A stretch of DNA of 63,962 nt, filler included, from Barthelona sp. PAP020 (taxonomy: Eukaryota), in assembly GCA_040182905.1 (NCBI GenBank). It is 4 parts of 4 records of this genome, joined end to end, with 100 filler letters (N's around TTAATTAATTAA, not from the genome) between each part and the next. Parts side by side here need not be neighbours in the genome. Positions count along the whole stretch, not along the records: positions 16,527 to 32,931 come from JARQWU010000261.1; positions 33,032 to 49,393 come from JARQWU010000263.1; 2 more parts are not named here. One strand, written 5' to 3'. How positions within the stretch are numbered: position 1 is the stretch's first letter; the number at the start of each line of letters is the position of its first letter. Below, piece after piece: positions 31,188 to 42,500 of the stretch. A program made the translations under genes and the position numbers. Under the pieces are notes generated by a model that was given only the letters and a program-made list of their open reading frames with translations, had not been told where the DNA came from and did no database searches.

Positions 31188-31739
31188 TTAGTGCTTGAGA
31201 TGACGTTGATAGAATTGAAGTTCATCACCTTCTAAAATATAACCGTCAGCACGTCCACATTGACCAGGTCTAGAAGAAATGCAGGCAAGGATACGTCCAG
31301 AAGCTAATTGTTCAGCAATAGGAGCAGGAACCTTTAAATTCTTGAAATCAGAATCACGCTTGAGTTCAATACCGTATTTTTGGGCAAAATGAGCACGATA
31401 ACTGGTAGCATCTAATTGAACAATGCAACCCTTGACCAAAGTGTTGGTACGAACCAAACCATTGGAAGTAGCATTAAAGACGACTTGAATAATACGAACA
31501 TTACGAGTGCAGTTTTCAGAACCCCAAGCAAAGTTACCAGTAGAAAGACGAAGAGCACGGAATTTTTGATTGCCACCTCTGGTACGGACAACACGAATTC
31601 TAGGCTTTTGATCCTTGGAAGTAATCAACTTAGTCATAGAGGGAGCACGACCCTTTTGATAACGACGCTTATCTCTCCATGCCATACGTCTTCCACCGGA
31701 AAGTTTTCTTTTGTGATGAGTATCTCTTGAAATAGCCAT
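31188..31739 (-). CDS. RPS8: 40S ribosomal protein eS8, 183 aa
   Basis: MAISRD.HHKR, RTRGGN.KFRALRL, LVRTNTLVK, SSRPGQCGRADGYILEG; true ATG at 31739. Confidence 0.97.
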   Translation of the reverse strand: MAISRDTHHKRKLSGGRRMAWRDKRRYQKGRAPSMTKLITSKDQKPRIRVVRTRGGNQKFRALRLSTGNFAWGSENCTRNVRIIQVVFNATSNGLVRTNTLVKGCIVQLDATSYRAHFAQKYGIELKRDSDFKNLKVPAPIAEQLASGRILACISSRPGQCGRADGYILEGDELQFYQRHLKH

Positions 31740-31902
31740 TTGAAAATAAAAAAAAAATGAAGGTGTTGGGTTCAAATTGTTCAATAAAATTTTTGAAAAT
31801 TATTTTTTCCGAGATAAATTTTATCTTTTTTATCAATTTTATCCAAATTTATCCATTTTGTCAATTCAGGGATTTTTTTTCAGAAGATTGGATGTTCATT
31901 TG

Positions 31903-32505
31903 ATGATAAGTTATATCCATATCTCACTATTCTTGCTATTTTCTTTTCTCTGTTCAATTCCTTCGAATGCAAAGATTGTAGTTAATCCCATAATTGATGT
32001 TTATTGTTATAATATAACTGATTTGAAAAAACCAATTGTTTCTTTCAACGAAGAATATGTTGTTAGAACTCATCAATATTTTTTTAATATCACTATGGCT
32101 GAACAAGCGAAACCAGAATGCAGAATTTTGGATGATTTATTCAATTGTCTGAATGATGGTTCTTGTGAAGACCAATTTCAATGTAAAATGTTTGGTTTCA
32201 ATGATAATTATGCTTGTACAATTAAATTCAATAAAACTGAAAATCTACCTTATTTTGAGTGGAACACAAGAGGGGTTGATTCCGTGAAGGCTCTAATTAA
32301 AATTGTTGATGATAGTTTAACAATTGAAATTTTTGTTGCCGATTATTTGAGGGTCAATATTTTACAAAATTTCGCTTTAATGTTAGTTTTTATTGTTATT
32401 GTCATTCTTTTTTGTTTTTGCAGGTTTACTGACAAACAAAAAAGGCAAAACGATGTTGATGATACTCAATTTCAAGTTGGCTTGCTTACTGATGATGATG
32501 AATAA
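31903..32505 (+). CDS. Small type I membrane protein
   Basis: Signal peptide MISYIHISLFLLFSFLC, Cys-containing ectodomain, TM FALMLVFIVIVILFCFC and an acidic tail with LL. Confidence 0.7.
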   Translation: MISYIHISLFLLFSFLCSIPSNAKIVVNPIIDVYCYNITDLKKPIVSFNEEYVVRTHQYFFNITMAEQAKPECRILDDLFNCLNDGSCEDQFQCKMFGFNDNYACTIKFNKTENLPYFEWNTRGVDSVKALIKIVDDSLTIEIFVADYLRVNILQNFALMLVFIVIVILFCFCRFTDKQKRQNDVDDTQFQVGLLTDDDE

Positions 32506-32889
32506 TTAAAAGAATGTATAGAAAAGAAATTTACAGATTTCCACTTCATTTCCAATGTATTTTTGGATTTTTTTTTTTGTTGATATGAATATTTAAATAA
32601 AGTTCAAGCAAATTTTCTTTTTTATAAAATTAAAAAAAATAATAAAATAAATAATAATAAAATAAATAAAAATAAAATAATTAATCCTAATGCGATTTAA
32701 ATACAACGAAAAGCATTTCAGCTATCAAAATAATGGCTTAATACCAATAAAATTGATAAAAAAGTCCTTAAAACAACAACTAACTCTTTTATTAGATATT
32801 TATGAGGTATGAGTTGTTCAGTGAACAACGAAACGAGTTAGCTTAAGGTTTGGGGAAAACTCACGTGGATTCAGATGCCCAAGTAACTT

Positions 32890-32931
32890 AAAAAATTGGT
32901 CCAGTTGTGAAACAACTATATTTATTTACAA
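32890..32931. repeat. Young repeat (family B) at the right end of contig 2
   Basis: Reverse complement of 16633-16674 at 41/42 identity; cut by the spacer. Confidence 0.7.
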
Positions 32932-33031
32932 NNNNNNNNNNNNNNNNNNNNNNNNNNNNNNNNNNNNNNNNNNNNTTAATTAATTAANNNNNNNNNNNNN
33001 NNNNNNNNNNNNNNNNNNNNNNNNNNNNNNN
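32932..33031. other. Artificial contig spacer
   Basis: N44-TTAATTAATTAA-N44. Confidence 0.97.
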
Positions 33032-33355
33032 ATTGGCATAAATTTTTGATTTTTTCGGTAATTTTGTAAATATCAATTCCTGTTGAGGAAAAGGTTTTGA
33101 ATTAGATAACATATATGTGCTTTCATGATCTTGTTTGGGTCTCAAATTGGATAATCTTAATTTTGGGGTGATTAAATCGGTTCTTTCAGATAATCTTGTC
33201 TTAACCTCACTATAATCTTCATGCCCATGTCCAAAAACACAAAATTCAAGATTATTGTTCTTTGTTGGAACCAAAAACCAATCGGCACCTCTGGCAATGG
33301 CTTTTTGTATTTCAAAATCATTGGAATACTTTAATGGAATAGTTAATGGTGCCAT
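33032..33355 (-). CDS. Hypothetical protein, 5' part only (truncated by contig end)
   Basis: ATG at 33355, open for 108 codons up to the spacer; protein-like composition. Confidence 0.5.
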
Positions 33356-33763
33356 TCTTTTCCTGTGAAAAGAATAAAATGCAAAGAATAAAAATTTATC
33401 AAAGTCTCGTATTGGCTATTGAATTCTCCTTTGAAGCTTAAATATATTTTAACTGCAGAACGCAAGCTATAATATGTCCAAGATTTTAGTTCTTTTGAAA
33501 ATACAGCAATTATTTGCGTTTCCAATCTATTTTGCATATTGACAACTATTAAATCAATCACTTATTGACTAAAATCACTTTTTAACGGTAATAATTTGTT
33601 TTATACACATTTATAATGATTATCGATGATATTCACCGATTTTTATTAATAAATACAAGTTTTGAATCATCTTCAAAAGAGTATAACTATTCTGATGCAT
33701 TTCAAAAGATCAAAAATAAATAATAACGATAAAATATTTACAAATAAACAAAACAACAAAAAA

Positions 33764-36700
33764 TTACAAAAATAAGACTTCATCTTCTTCAACAACACTA
33801 GAAACAGTTTTATTTTGTGTTTTTTGATCTTCTTCTTGATAAAATTCATCCATCGCCTTTAAAAGGAATTCACTATCAGTTTCTTCTTTTACAGTTGAAC
33901 GTTTACATAAATACAAAACAAATACTCCGATACAAACGATTAACAATGCTGAAATCCACAAAATAAGACTATTTTCAACATAGAATAGTCTCCAAATAGT
34001 CAAGAAGTCATGCATCTCAACACAATCACAAAGCTCAGAAAATTTATCTAATCTACAAGTAGGAAGTTGTTTTTCTTCAGTATCTTCTTGAAAATACCTG
34101 AAAAGGTAAATATTACCACTTCTAACAAATTGAGATTTTGCAGATTCAAATATTTTTTGAGAAAATACAAGACAATTGGAACAAATAATCAAAATTTCTT
34201 GAGAGAATTGAGCTTCATCAAAATAATATGAAAAATTGCCATTCAACCTTGTTTTCAATGTATGTGTATATATTCCCGATTCTACAAGGACTTCACTACT
34301 GATCAATGTTGTTTGTATCTGAACAAAAAGTGATGAGCCGTTCAATTTGAATGAAAACGTTTTTAACTCTTGAATAAGGTCATTTAATTGCATCTTCATC
34401 TCACCAACATGTCTTGAAGCAAGAACATCCTTTTTAACCATTCGATTAGCAATATTAATGCTTCCAAAACTGGTGTTACGGATTAATGAAATGTAATGGG
34501 AAGAAATTTGTGTGGAATGAACACAATTGAGTTCGATAAAATCAAGTTTAAAAATATTATCAAGAAGATCTGGACCAACAATAAAATTATGGGGTTCTAC
34601 TAACATAACAACATCAGAATTATTAGCTTTAATGTATCCAAAGCAGGGAAAATGGACTTTCGCCATCTGAACAAACTTCATGTCAATTTTTTGGGCATCT
34701 ATGAACTTTTGGAAGGAAAAGATGGAATTTGTCTGCAAAATACTTGTTATAATGTCACTTTGATGGTCAATCAGCAAGGTAAACAACAAAGAACTTGTTG
34801 TAGTAGACATACCATGGGCAACCCAACCATGAACAAAATCATATGATAAAGGCAACCAATAGGATAGATGTGAAGGATGTGAGTTCCAATCGATAATGTA
34901 AAAATCTTCCGAAAAATCAAGTTCAGTTTGTACATCAGATGTTAACATGACGAGATACTCACCTGGAAATATTGAAATATTGAAATTTTTGGTGAATTGA
35001 ATTGAATATTGACCATAACTAAATGCCTGCTCAACATTTGAATGTATGAAAGGAGAAAACTTAAAAATTGCTGGAAATGAAAGATCTGCGATGCCATTAG
35101 AAAAATTTAAGGTGTAGTTATTGGAATTCAGATACATATAGTTGGCATGTTTAGCAAATGAAACAGTTCTACTGAATAAACCAGAATCATGAAAAAAAGC
35201 AAAAGACACTTGACTAAATAAACTGTAAAAAGTTAATTTAAACCATTCATAACCTTCTTCTTCACTGAATAATTCAAACTTTCGTTGTTCACACAAAATT
35301 ACCAGACTTTTATAAATATTTTCCTCATTTTTTCCACCAATTTTGATAGTTTCATCATCATCTTGTTGTTTTTGTTTCTTAACAACATGAATATTAACTT
35401 TCTCTCCAAGTTTCACTTTCAATAGCATTGTATGAACAGTTTGATTCAACGAAAGACAAATAGCATACTTATCAAAGAAGCCAATGTCAATTTTTAATTC
35501 TACCGGATTAAAAAGTAACAAATTCATAACCACATCATCGTTTATAGAGGAAACGTAAATACAGATATCAGTTTTATCAGTCTTAATTCTATTTTCACCA
35601 AAATCATACCGGAAAGCATAATAATCAAAGACATCATCGGAAACAATGGGAGTGTATATATCCAAATCTTCAACGCCATCAAAAGGATGATCATCAATGT
35701 TTATGGTGATATGATTCTTAGTATCAATAAAGAGCAATATGAATATATCAAAATCAAAACAATGATATGACGTTTGAAACTTTTCTAAGGAGCATTCAAA
35801 CATAAACATCAAGCTTTTATGCTTGGTATGTTCCTCATACAATAATTCACAGAATACAGCTGCATGAAAATTGGTTTCCATCTTAAATTCACGGCCTTGA
35901 ACAATAGCCTTATGAATGGATACTATGCAACTATCATGCAAAACAGTTGTTGTTGATAAAGACCGCAAATTGGTTATTGTCAAAAAGAAATCATAAGGGT
36001 CATCAACATGACTCCAATGAAGGGTTTTAGACAACATATTCTTGTTACAATTGTCACCTAAATGGATCCTGAACGTCAAATCAAATGGTAGATCTCTTTC
36101 TGATTCAGGAATGGCAAAGGTGTAATCCTGCGTGTTAGAGGTTGTTGAATTGAATTTGATCGTGTCAACACCCTCTTGAAAAACATACTGTTTAGAAGAA
36201 GAAATACCACGTGGAGCATCAACAAGCTCATCATATAAACACTCGTCATTGAAAAGAATATTAAAGGGACAAAAAAGATGATTCTCATGAAATATATCCC
36301 AACCTTCTTTGATCAGGCCTGAAAGAGTGTATTCACGAATAAAGATATTCTGTTCATTGAGATACACAGGTGAAGTAACAACAAATCTATAATATCCAGG
36401 ATCTAGTTCAACAACAGTCAAATAACGATCGTTGGTAGTATGCTCAGAAGGTTGATTATATGCAATTTGAATGTAATTCGCATCTGTATTCCTTCTTTTT
36501 AAGATAATTGTTGAAGATAAAACAATACCAACCTCATTTTGTTGTTTGAAAGTGAATATTGATTTTTCTTCAACTAATACATCAATCACACTGGTTGTAA
36601 TCTTGTTATCATCAGCTTTAACATAGAAATTGCGAGAATAATCCAAAATATTGAATTCATAGTATTCACCTACCATAACGAATACAGATTGAGAACTTGA

Positions 36701-39382
36701 TTCAGCAAAAACAAACTCTTCAGATTTTCCTTTCATACAGACGTGGTTACTTTCGAAGCTCACAAATTCGTGTTCATTAAAACTGAGTCTTGAATTAAAG
36801 CTCAACTGTTCCACTTCCTTTTCTTTTTTTAGTATTATCATGTCTTTACACAACAAAAGTCTATGTTCAGTTCCTTCATTTCCACATTGCTGAGAAATGT
36901 CGATATTAAAACAAACGAGACTTTCAAAGTCCTTATAATAATAAACTTGTTGCTTTAATTGAACAGTAGAACTTGAATCGGGTTCTGGTATCGCAATGGC
37001 TTCAGGTAAATCCAGTAATTTTTCACTAAATATGGCATAAAAGAATGAAAAATCATCATCTACTGGAAAATCAAAAAAAAACTCATTATTTTCATCTTCG
37101 TTTTGAACCCAAATTGTTTGAAAATTAATGTTTGTAGAAACTAATCCACTAGAAATAACGTTCACATATTTACTTGTTAAAAGGAAGTCTATACTGGAGC
37201 AAAACAATTCATTGGCATCATTAAGGTTGTGCAATACAATTGGGTTGTTAATAGATGAAGTGATAAAAGTTAATTTCAGATGTCGAGAAAATGCAGGCAA
37301 TTTAAACCTGGTTAGATAAGAAAAATCGGTGTTTGAAGAAATAACAAAAAAGTCAACAATATTTTGAGAGTATTCTTCATTCAAACAAAATGAAATAATG
37401 AAAGGGAATGATGAAGTTATTAATTTTTCAGTAGAAACAACATATTTGCCAGTAGAATTAAACAAATAAAATGCAAACATCTCATGAATATGTAATTCAT
37501 GCTTTTTTGCTTCAATCGTAACGTTGCTATCAACACCTGCAAAAAAAACATTGTGCCATTGCTGTCTAACAATCCCACGATATTTCAGGCGCAGATACGG
37601 ACTTCCCATGAAGCTTAAAAGACCTGGATTCGTGATATTACTCGAAACAATATAACAATTACCTTCATCTGATGAAGGTATAAATAAAGAAGTAGAATTT
37701 AATGGAGTGTATGTTTCTGTGGCAGATGGATAGATGAATACATGAAAATGATCATCAGAATTATAACTGGAAAAATTCAAAAATTTTAAATTTTCTTTGG
37801 CCAAAACATCAAATCGATAATGTCGCATCTCTTCTTGATGCATGTTATCATCAGCACACGACATATTTTTGAGGACTGAATGGTCAAACAAACTAAGACA
37901 ACAGCCATAGCCTAAATAAGTGAAAATAGTTAATTTGGAATATTGATTTTCATCAACCAATAATTCGATTTGAGCGCTATGGGTCAAATGATAATATCTA
38001 AATCCTTCGCTGTATTGAGCATTTATTACACGTTTTGCTGAAAAAATGGTGAAATTGTCAGAGAGTACTCGTTCATCACTTCCTAAAACTGGAAATCCAG
38101 AAGTATTGCATCTCATCAAAAGAAATTTGGTTTTTGTATTGATATTCGACAAAAAAACTCTTAACAACATCGTTTCCTGGATAAATACCTCCAAGTCTGC
38201 ACTCTTTGAATGATTAAACATATTTTTAACTGAGAAGCTCCCATATACATTAGAAGTATCATCGACTATTTGAACGCCATAGCCTTCAATATTCTCGGAA
38301 AATACAGGAAATACAAGGGTTGACTCATCACATTTATCAATCAAAATATCTTCTTCAGGGTTACAAATGAGTGGTGTGTTATTGTGTTCAGCATTACCCC
38401 AAACATTCAAAAAGGAGTGATCGTAATTTCGCCCAATTGTAATTGAATCAATCTTCTTCAATATTAACACTGATTCACACAGGGATCGATTCAAAACTAC
38501 CGGTGAAATAAGATTTCCAACCATGTAAGAAGAATAGTTTTGTTTTGCATTCCAACACATGATATAATAGTCCGAAAACGACACTTGAATATTGATCTCA
38601 AACTTAAATCTCAAATAAATAAATGAGCTTACCTTCAAATTCAACCAATATTCCTTTGGAGAAATCCCAAAAAACAAAGGTTGATCATCTATCTTTGCAT
38701 GAACATTTATCACATCTAACTTAGTAACGATAGCCATTATAACACACCTTCCATCAATATTATTTGTAATCAACTGAAAAGAATGATCCAAATGTGGTAG
38801 AACAATTTTTTCTTCCTCAAATAGGTCAGAACCAACCAAATTTCCAACAAATGTTGAAAAACACCGTTGATAAACTTTTGAATATCCTTTTTTATAATGT
38901 AATAGAACAGTAAAGTCCATATAACTGTTGGAATCAGATGATAAGGTAGGAATATAAGCAAAAGAGTCTTCAACATCAGATAATGACCCCGAATATGCAG
39001 TTACAACTACCAAAAAAAAATCTAATATCTCAAAATTATCTGTATTGGAAAACTCAATTAAAAATGATGGTGAAGTGCTATTAATGGTAAAACCCCCAAT
39101 TTTATTTGTAATAAGCTTATTGTCATTTGAAAAAACAGAAAAAATTAAATTCTCTTCATTCTTTTCTTTCTCAGTAAGACAAACAATCTTCTTATCCTCT
39201 TCCAATGGATCATCAAATAAAAAATTAATATTTCCAATGCCTTTTGGAGGCACTGATATTTGTTGAACATTTTCTAAATCAAAATAATGTTCAGACACAA
39301 GAGAATCAACATGTATTACATTTTTTAAGCATATAATTGTAATAAATAATGAAAATATGACAACAAATTTTAAATTAATCAT
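33764..39382 (-). CDS. Very large orphan type I membrane protein (~1870 aa)
   Basis: Signal peptide from ATG 39382, beta-rich ectodomain, single TM LILWISALLIVCIGVFVLYLC and a short acidic tail. Confidence 0.8.
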   Translation of the reverse strand: MINLKFVVIFSLFITIICLKNVIHVDSLVSEHYFDLENVQQISVPPKGIGNINFLFDDPLEEDKKIVCLTEKEKNEENLIFSVFSNDNKLITNKIGGFTINSTSPSFLIEFSNTDNFEILDFFLVVVTAYSGSLSDVEDSFAYIPTLSSDSNSYMDFTVLLHYKKGYSKVYQRCFSTFVGNLVGSDLFEEEKIVLPHLDHSFQLITNNIDGRCVIMAIVTKLDVINVHAKIDDQPLFFGISPKEYWLNLKVSSFIYLRFKFEINIQVSFSDYYIMCWNAKQNYSSYMVGNLISPVVLNRSLCESVLILKKIDSITIGRNYDHSFLNVWGNAEHNNTPLICNPEEDILIDKCDESTLVFPVFSENIEGYGVQIVDDTSNVYGSFSVKNMFNHSKSADLEVFIQETMLLRVFLSNINTKTKFLLMRCNTSGFPVLGSDERVLSDNFTIFSAKRVINAQYSEGFRYYHLTHSAQIELLVDENQYSKLTIFTYLGYGCCLSLFDHSVLKNMSCADDNMHQEEMRHYRFDVLAKENLKFLNFSSYNSDDHFHVFIYPSATETYTPLNSTSLFIPSSDEGNCYIVSSNITNPGLLSFMGSPYLRLKYRGIVRQQWHNVFFAGVDSNVTIEAKKHELHIHEMFAFYLFNSTGKYVVSTEKLITSSFPFIISFCLNEEYSQNIVDFFVISSNTDFSYLTRFKLPAFSRHLKLTFITSSINNPIVLHNLNDANELFCSSIDFLLTSKYVNVISSGLVSTNINFQTIWVQNEDENNEFFFDFPVDDDFSFFYAIFSEKLLDLPEAIAIPEPDSSSTVQLKQQVYYYKDFESLVCFNIDISQQCGNEGTEHRLLLCKDMIILKKEKEVEQLSFNSRLSFNEHEFVSFESNHVCMKGKSEEFVFAESSSQSVFVMVGEYYEFNILDYSRNFYVKADDNKITTSVIDVLVEEKSIFTFKQQNEVGIVLSSTIILKRRNTDANYIQIAYNQPSEHTTNDRYLTVVELDPGYYRFVVTSPVYLNEQNIFIREYTLSGLIKEGWDIFHENHLFCPFNILFNDECLYDELVDAPRGISSSKQYVFQEGVDTIKFNSTTSNTQDYTFAIPESERDLPFDLTFRIHLGDNCNKNMLSKTLHWSHVDDPYDFFLTITNLRSLSTTTVLHDSCIVSIHKAIVQGREFKMETNFHAAVFCELLYEEHTKHKSLMFMFECSLEKFQTSYHCFDFDIFILLFIDTKNHITINIDDHPFDGVEDLDIYTPIVSDDVFDYYAFRYDFGENRIKTDKTDICIYVSSINDDVVMNLLLFNPVELKIDIGFFDKYAICLSLNQTVHTMLLKVKLGEKVNIHVVKKQKQQDDDETIKIGGKNEENIYKSLVILCEQRKFELFSEEEGYEWFKLTFYSLFSQVSFAFFHDSGLFSRTVSFAKHANYMYLNSNNYTLNFSNGIADLSFPAIFKFSPFIHSNVEQAFSYGQYSIQFTKNFNISIFPGEYLVMLTSDVQTELDFSEDFYIIDWNSHPSHLSYWLPLSYDFVHGWVAHGMSTTTSSLLFTLLIDHQSDIITSILQTNSIFSFQKFIDAQKIDMKFVQMAKVHFPCFGYIKANNSDVVMLVEPHNFIVGPDLLDNIFKLDFIELNCVHSTQISSHYISLIRNTSFGSINIANRMVKKDVLASRHVGEMKMQLNDLIQELKTFSFKLNGSSLFVQIQTTLISSEVLVESGIYTHTLKTRLNGNFSYYFDEAQFSQEILIICSNCLVFSQKIFESAKSQFVRSGNIYLFRYFQEDTEEKQLPTCRLDKFSELCDCVEMHDFLTIWRLFYVENSLILWISALLIVCIGVFVLYLCKRSTVKEETDSEFLLKAMDEFYQEEDQKTQNKTVSSVVEEDEVLFL

Positions 39383-39565
39383 TTGGAAAGCCCTCCATTC
39401 ATAAAAAAAAAAATTCACTTCGTTAATATATTTGCTTTATCAATATTCCGACATTTAGTCATGTGAAAAACGTTAAATAGAAAAAATTTGGAATAAATAA
39501 ACAAAAAAATGAAAAGAATACAAAAAGAATAAAAATATTGCAAAATATTGAACACAATTTACAAA

Positions 39566-42500
39566 TCAAACCACACACATAGTTATTAGATCCTCAAAGC
39601 CACATATTGCCAAATCAGTGGCTAAAGATGAGAACTCCAAAAAGGCACTTCGCATTGTTTCTGCAATTAATCGATATTTTGACACGTGCTTCTTGATAGA
39701 AAGATCAATAAACTCATCAAAATTGGCATGATTGACAGGCTTAGGTTCAAAGCCAAGTGATTTAAAATTAAATTCTGCCAGGTCTGTTGAGTAAAATTGG
39801 TACACAAAGGGCTTCAAGGATGGAAATACCTTGAGACACAAACCGCGATCAACCACATCAAACATAGTTAAAGAGTCGGTTGAGATAAGACCAAACGGTG
39901 TTGGTCCAAGAAGACTTATTGGTATTTTAACTCGATGAACAAAGCAATGAAGAATGAAATAGCTGAGTGAACAAAGGGTTGATTTTTCCACATCATTGTC
40001 AAGCTTGAATGAGCTTCCAATTGTTTCACCTATAAAATTAAGGGCAGTGGGATTATCAACAAGCCAATCAATAAAAGACAGAAGAGTGAGTGGTTCAGAT
40101 TGACTGCTGTTTCTAAACAAAATGTGTTTGGTCACGTTTTCTAAAGTAAAGGACCTTTCAAAAAAGACACTGAATTCCTCATCGCAACCTTGCTCAACAA
40201 TCAAAGGTTCACCTACTTCCATATTAAAATTGAAGTTTGCAAGAATGTCCACAATGTGACTTGAACAGATTTGTTGAGTAGTAGATTTGTGCACATCAAA
40301 GATCTTTCGTTCAAGTTGCTTCAAACTGATACGTTGTTCAATGTTAAAAGTGATGCATTGAAGAATGATTTCACAAAGTTCATCAGCATCTTCCACAGCA
40401 TTTTCAAAGTAGTTCTGAATTTTCACACAGTTCTCTTTCAAAAGATCTGGATAAAACATACGAATCAGCAATTTTCCCAATGAAAAGATATCCATTGATG
40501 CATTTATACCATTATTACTTATTGCAAATGGATCCATGTAAAAGGTTGTTCCTTGAATTATCGTTCCACTTGACATTGTACCCTCAGTTTGATAGGCAGT
40601 TGCAAAATCACAGAGAGCCACTCTTGTCACTTTAGCATCACTCTCAACCCACACTAACACGTTCTGAGGTTTAGCATCCCTCCATATTATATCACGATCG
40701 TGCAGTTGATGAAGACCTACACACACTTGTTCAAATATCCAAAGCAGTGTGGTTCTATCAGGATTGTACCTGTTAAGATACTGCTCAAGATCCATGGGAG
40801 CCTTCTCAAGCTCCAGAGCAAGGGCAATGACATCTGATTCCTCATCAACAACAAAAACAATGCGATTTAAAGAGACGATGTTAGGAGACCTATTCTTTGT
40901 CAAAACCCTCAGTTCCCTACGAATCGCCTTGATTTGAATCTCATTGAATTCATTTTCATCTTCATCATTCTCATCCTCATTCTCATCAAGCTTTTCATCA
41001 CCCAAAAAAGGAAGATCGTAAAATTTGATGAATCTGTCATTCACAGACTTTTTGAGGCAAAAAATACTTTCTTGCTGTTGCAGCTTTGAAATAACATCAG
41101 GATAATACAAATCTGTGGAAACAACGTTTATCAAACTGGATGAAATCTCAGTAATACTTATTCTTTTGCACACATCAGCAATCAGTTCCGGGTCTTGAAT
41201 GCAATTCATCAGTGCCTGTACTAGGTGATTTGGAATGATACCTTTCAGAGCTACAACCTGCTCATACATGTTTTCAAGTTGTTCTTGTGCAGTTTTGTAC
41301 GCTTTTAACAGTTTTTTATCCTTACTTCTCCTCTTGTTGGCATTTATTGCTCTTTGCAATTCACTGTATGCATTCATCATATATTGTTGTTGTTTTTGAA
41401 TGAGTGGGTGAAGTTTTTGCACCTCAGCTACTGCTTCTTCAAAAGTCAGAATTTTACGCAAATAGTCCTCCAATTCTTCAGCAACATGATGGTAGGGATA
41501 CGTCTCTTTGGAATAAAGTAACATGTAGCTGTCATAGCTTGACTCAACAATGGTTAAAATGCATTCTTCTAAGTTGTCGATATCCTGCTGGTACAATTGA
41601 GCAATGGGTGATGTCTCAAGCGTTGATTCGATGAATTTGTGCAGTACCTCTTTAAAAGCCACAAAATTTTTAGGTAACCCAAACGATTCAAGAGGTTTTA
41701 ACTCTAGAATATGCTTAATTTCACTGACAAATATTCTTCCAACAAGATCAATGTTTAATTCAATTTCCTGAATCACCTCATGAATTTCATTTTTGATTGA
41801 AGGGTCAAGAAGTCTCCTGGAATCTGATTTATAAAACTCGTTGTACGCATCAACAGCCTTTTTAGACATGTTAATCAGTTGTGTTGATGTGAGGCTTTTT
41901 AGAGGTTCAACTGATTCTTCAATGGTTATCTTAACCAGTTGCTTTGCCCAGGATACAGCTGTTTCAAGCTCAGTTTTTAGTTCTTCGATGGGACTGTCTT
42001 GAAAAGACTGTTCGTTTGATTGTTCGGTTTCTCGATTTTGGGAGTATAAGTTTGTTGATTGATTTTGGATAAGGGAAGCAACAACCGATGTAACTCGTTC
42101 AAGTTGTATTGACAGGTTTTTATTGCTGATATTTTGTTGCTCAACTTCTTTTGCAAAGAATTTTTCTTTTTCCAAAAGCAAATCAATCCGCAAATTTTGT
42201 TGTCTGATCTCTTCCCAAAGTAATCTATTTTCTTCATTCAAGTCACAAATCATTTCAATCTTTTGAGAAAACGGTTTAACGATGGCAGGATATTGAAAAA
42301 TGATGTTTTTGGGTAAAATTTCAAGGAAAGCCAATCGGCATGTCTCAGATAGGTATGGAACAACTTTTTCAAAAACCAATTTGGTAAGAATTGAGTGAAT
42401 TTCTAAAAATACGCTCAGATCCGATGCATTGACCAGATTGAAAGACATTTTATTCTCAATCAAAAAGTCAAACAACATGTTCAACTCTTCTAAATGATCA

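Noticed and set aside
32631..32682. (AAAAT)n-like tract as a retroelement tail
   Set aside because: Wrong polarity relative to the adjacent repeat; simple low-complexity sequence.
33343..33561. 72-aa ORF as an upstream exon of the 33355 gene
   Set aside because: No suitable GT donor or CTAAC branch point and no recognisable protein.
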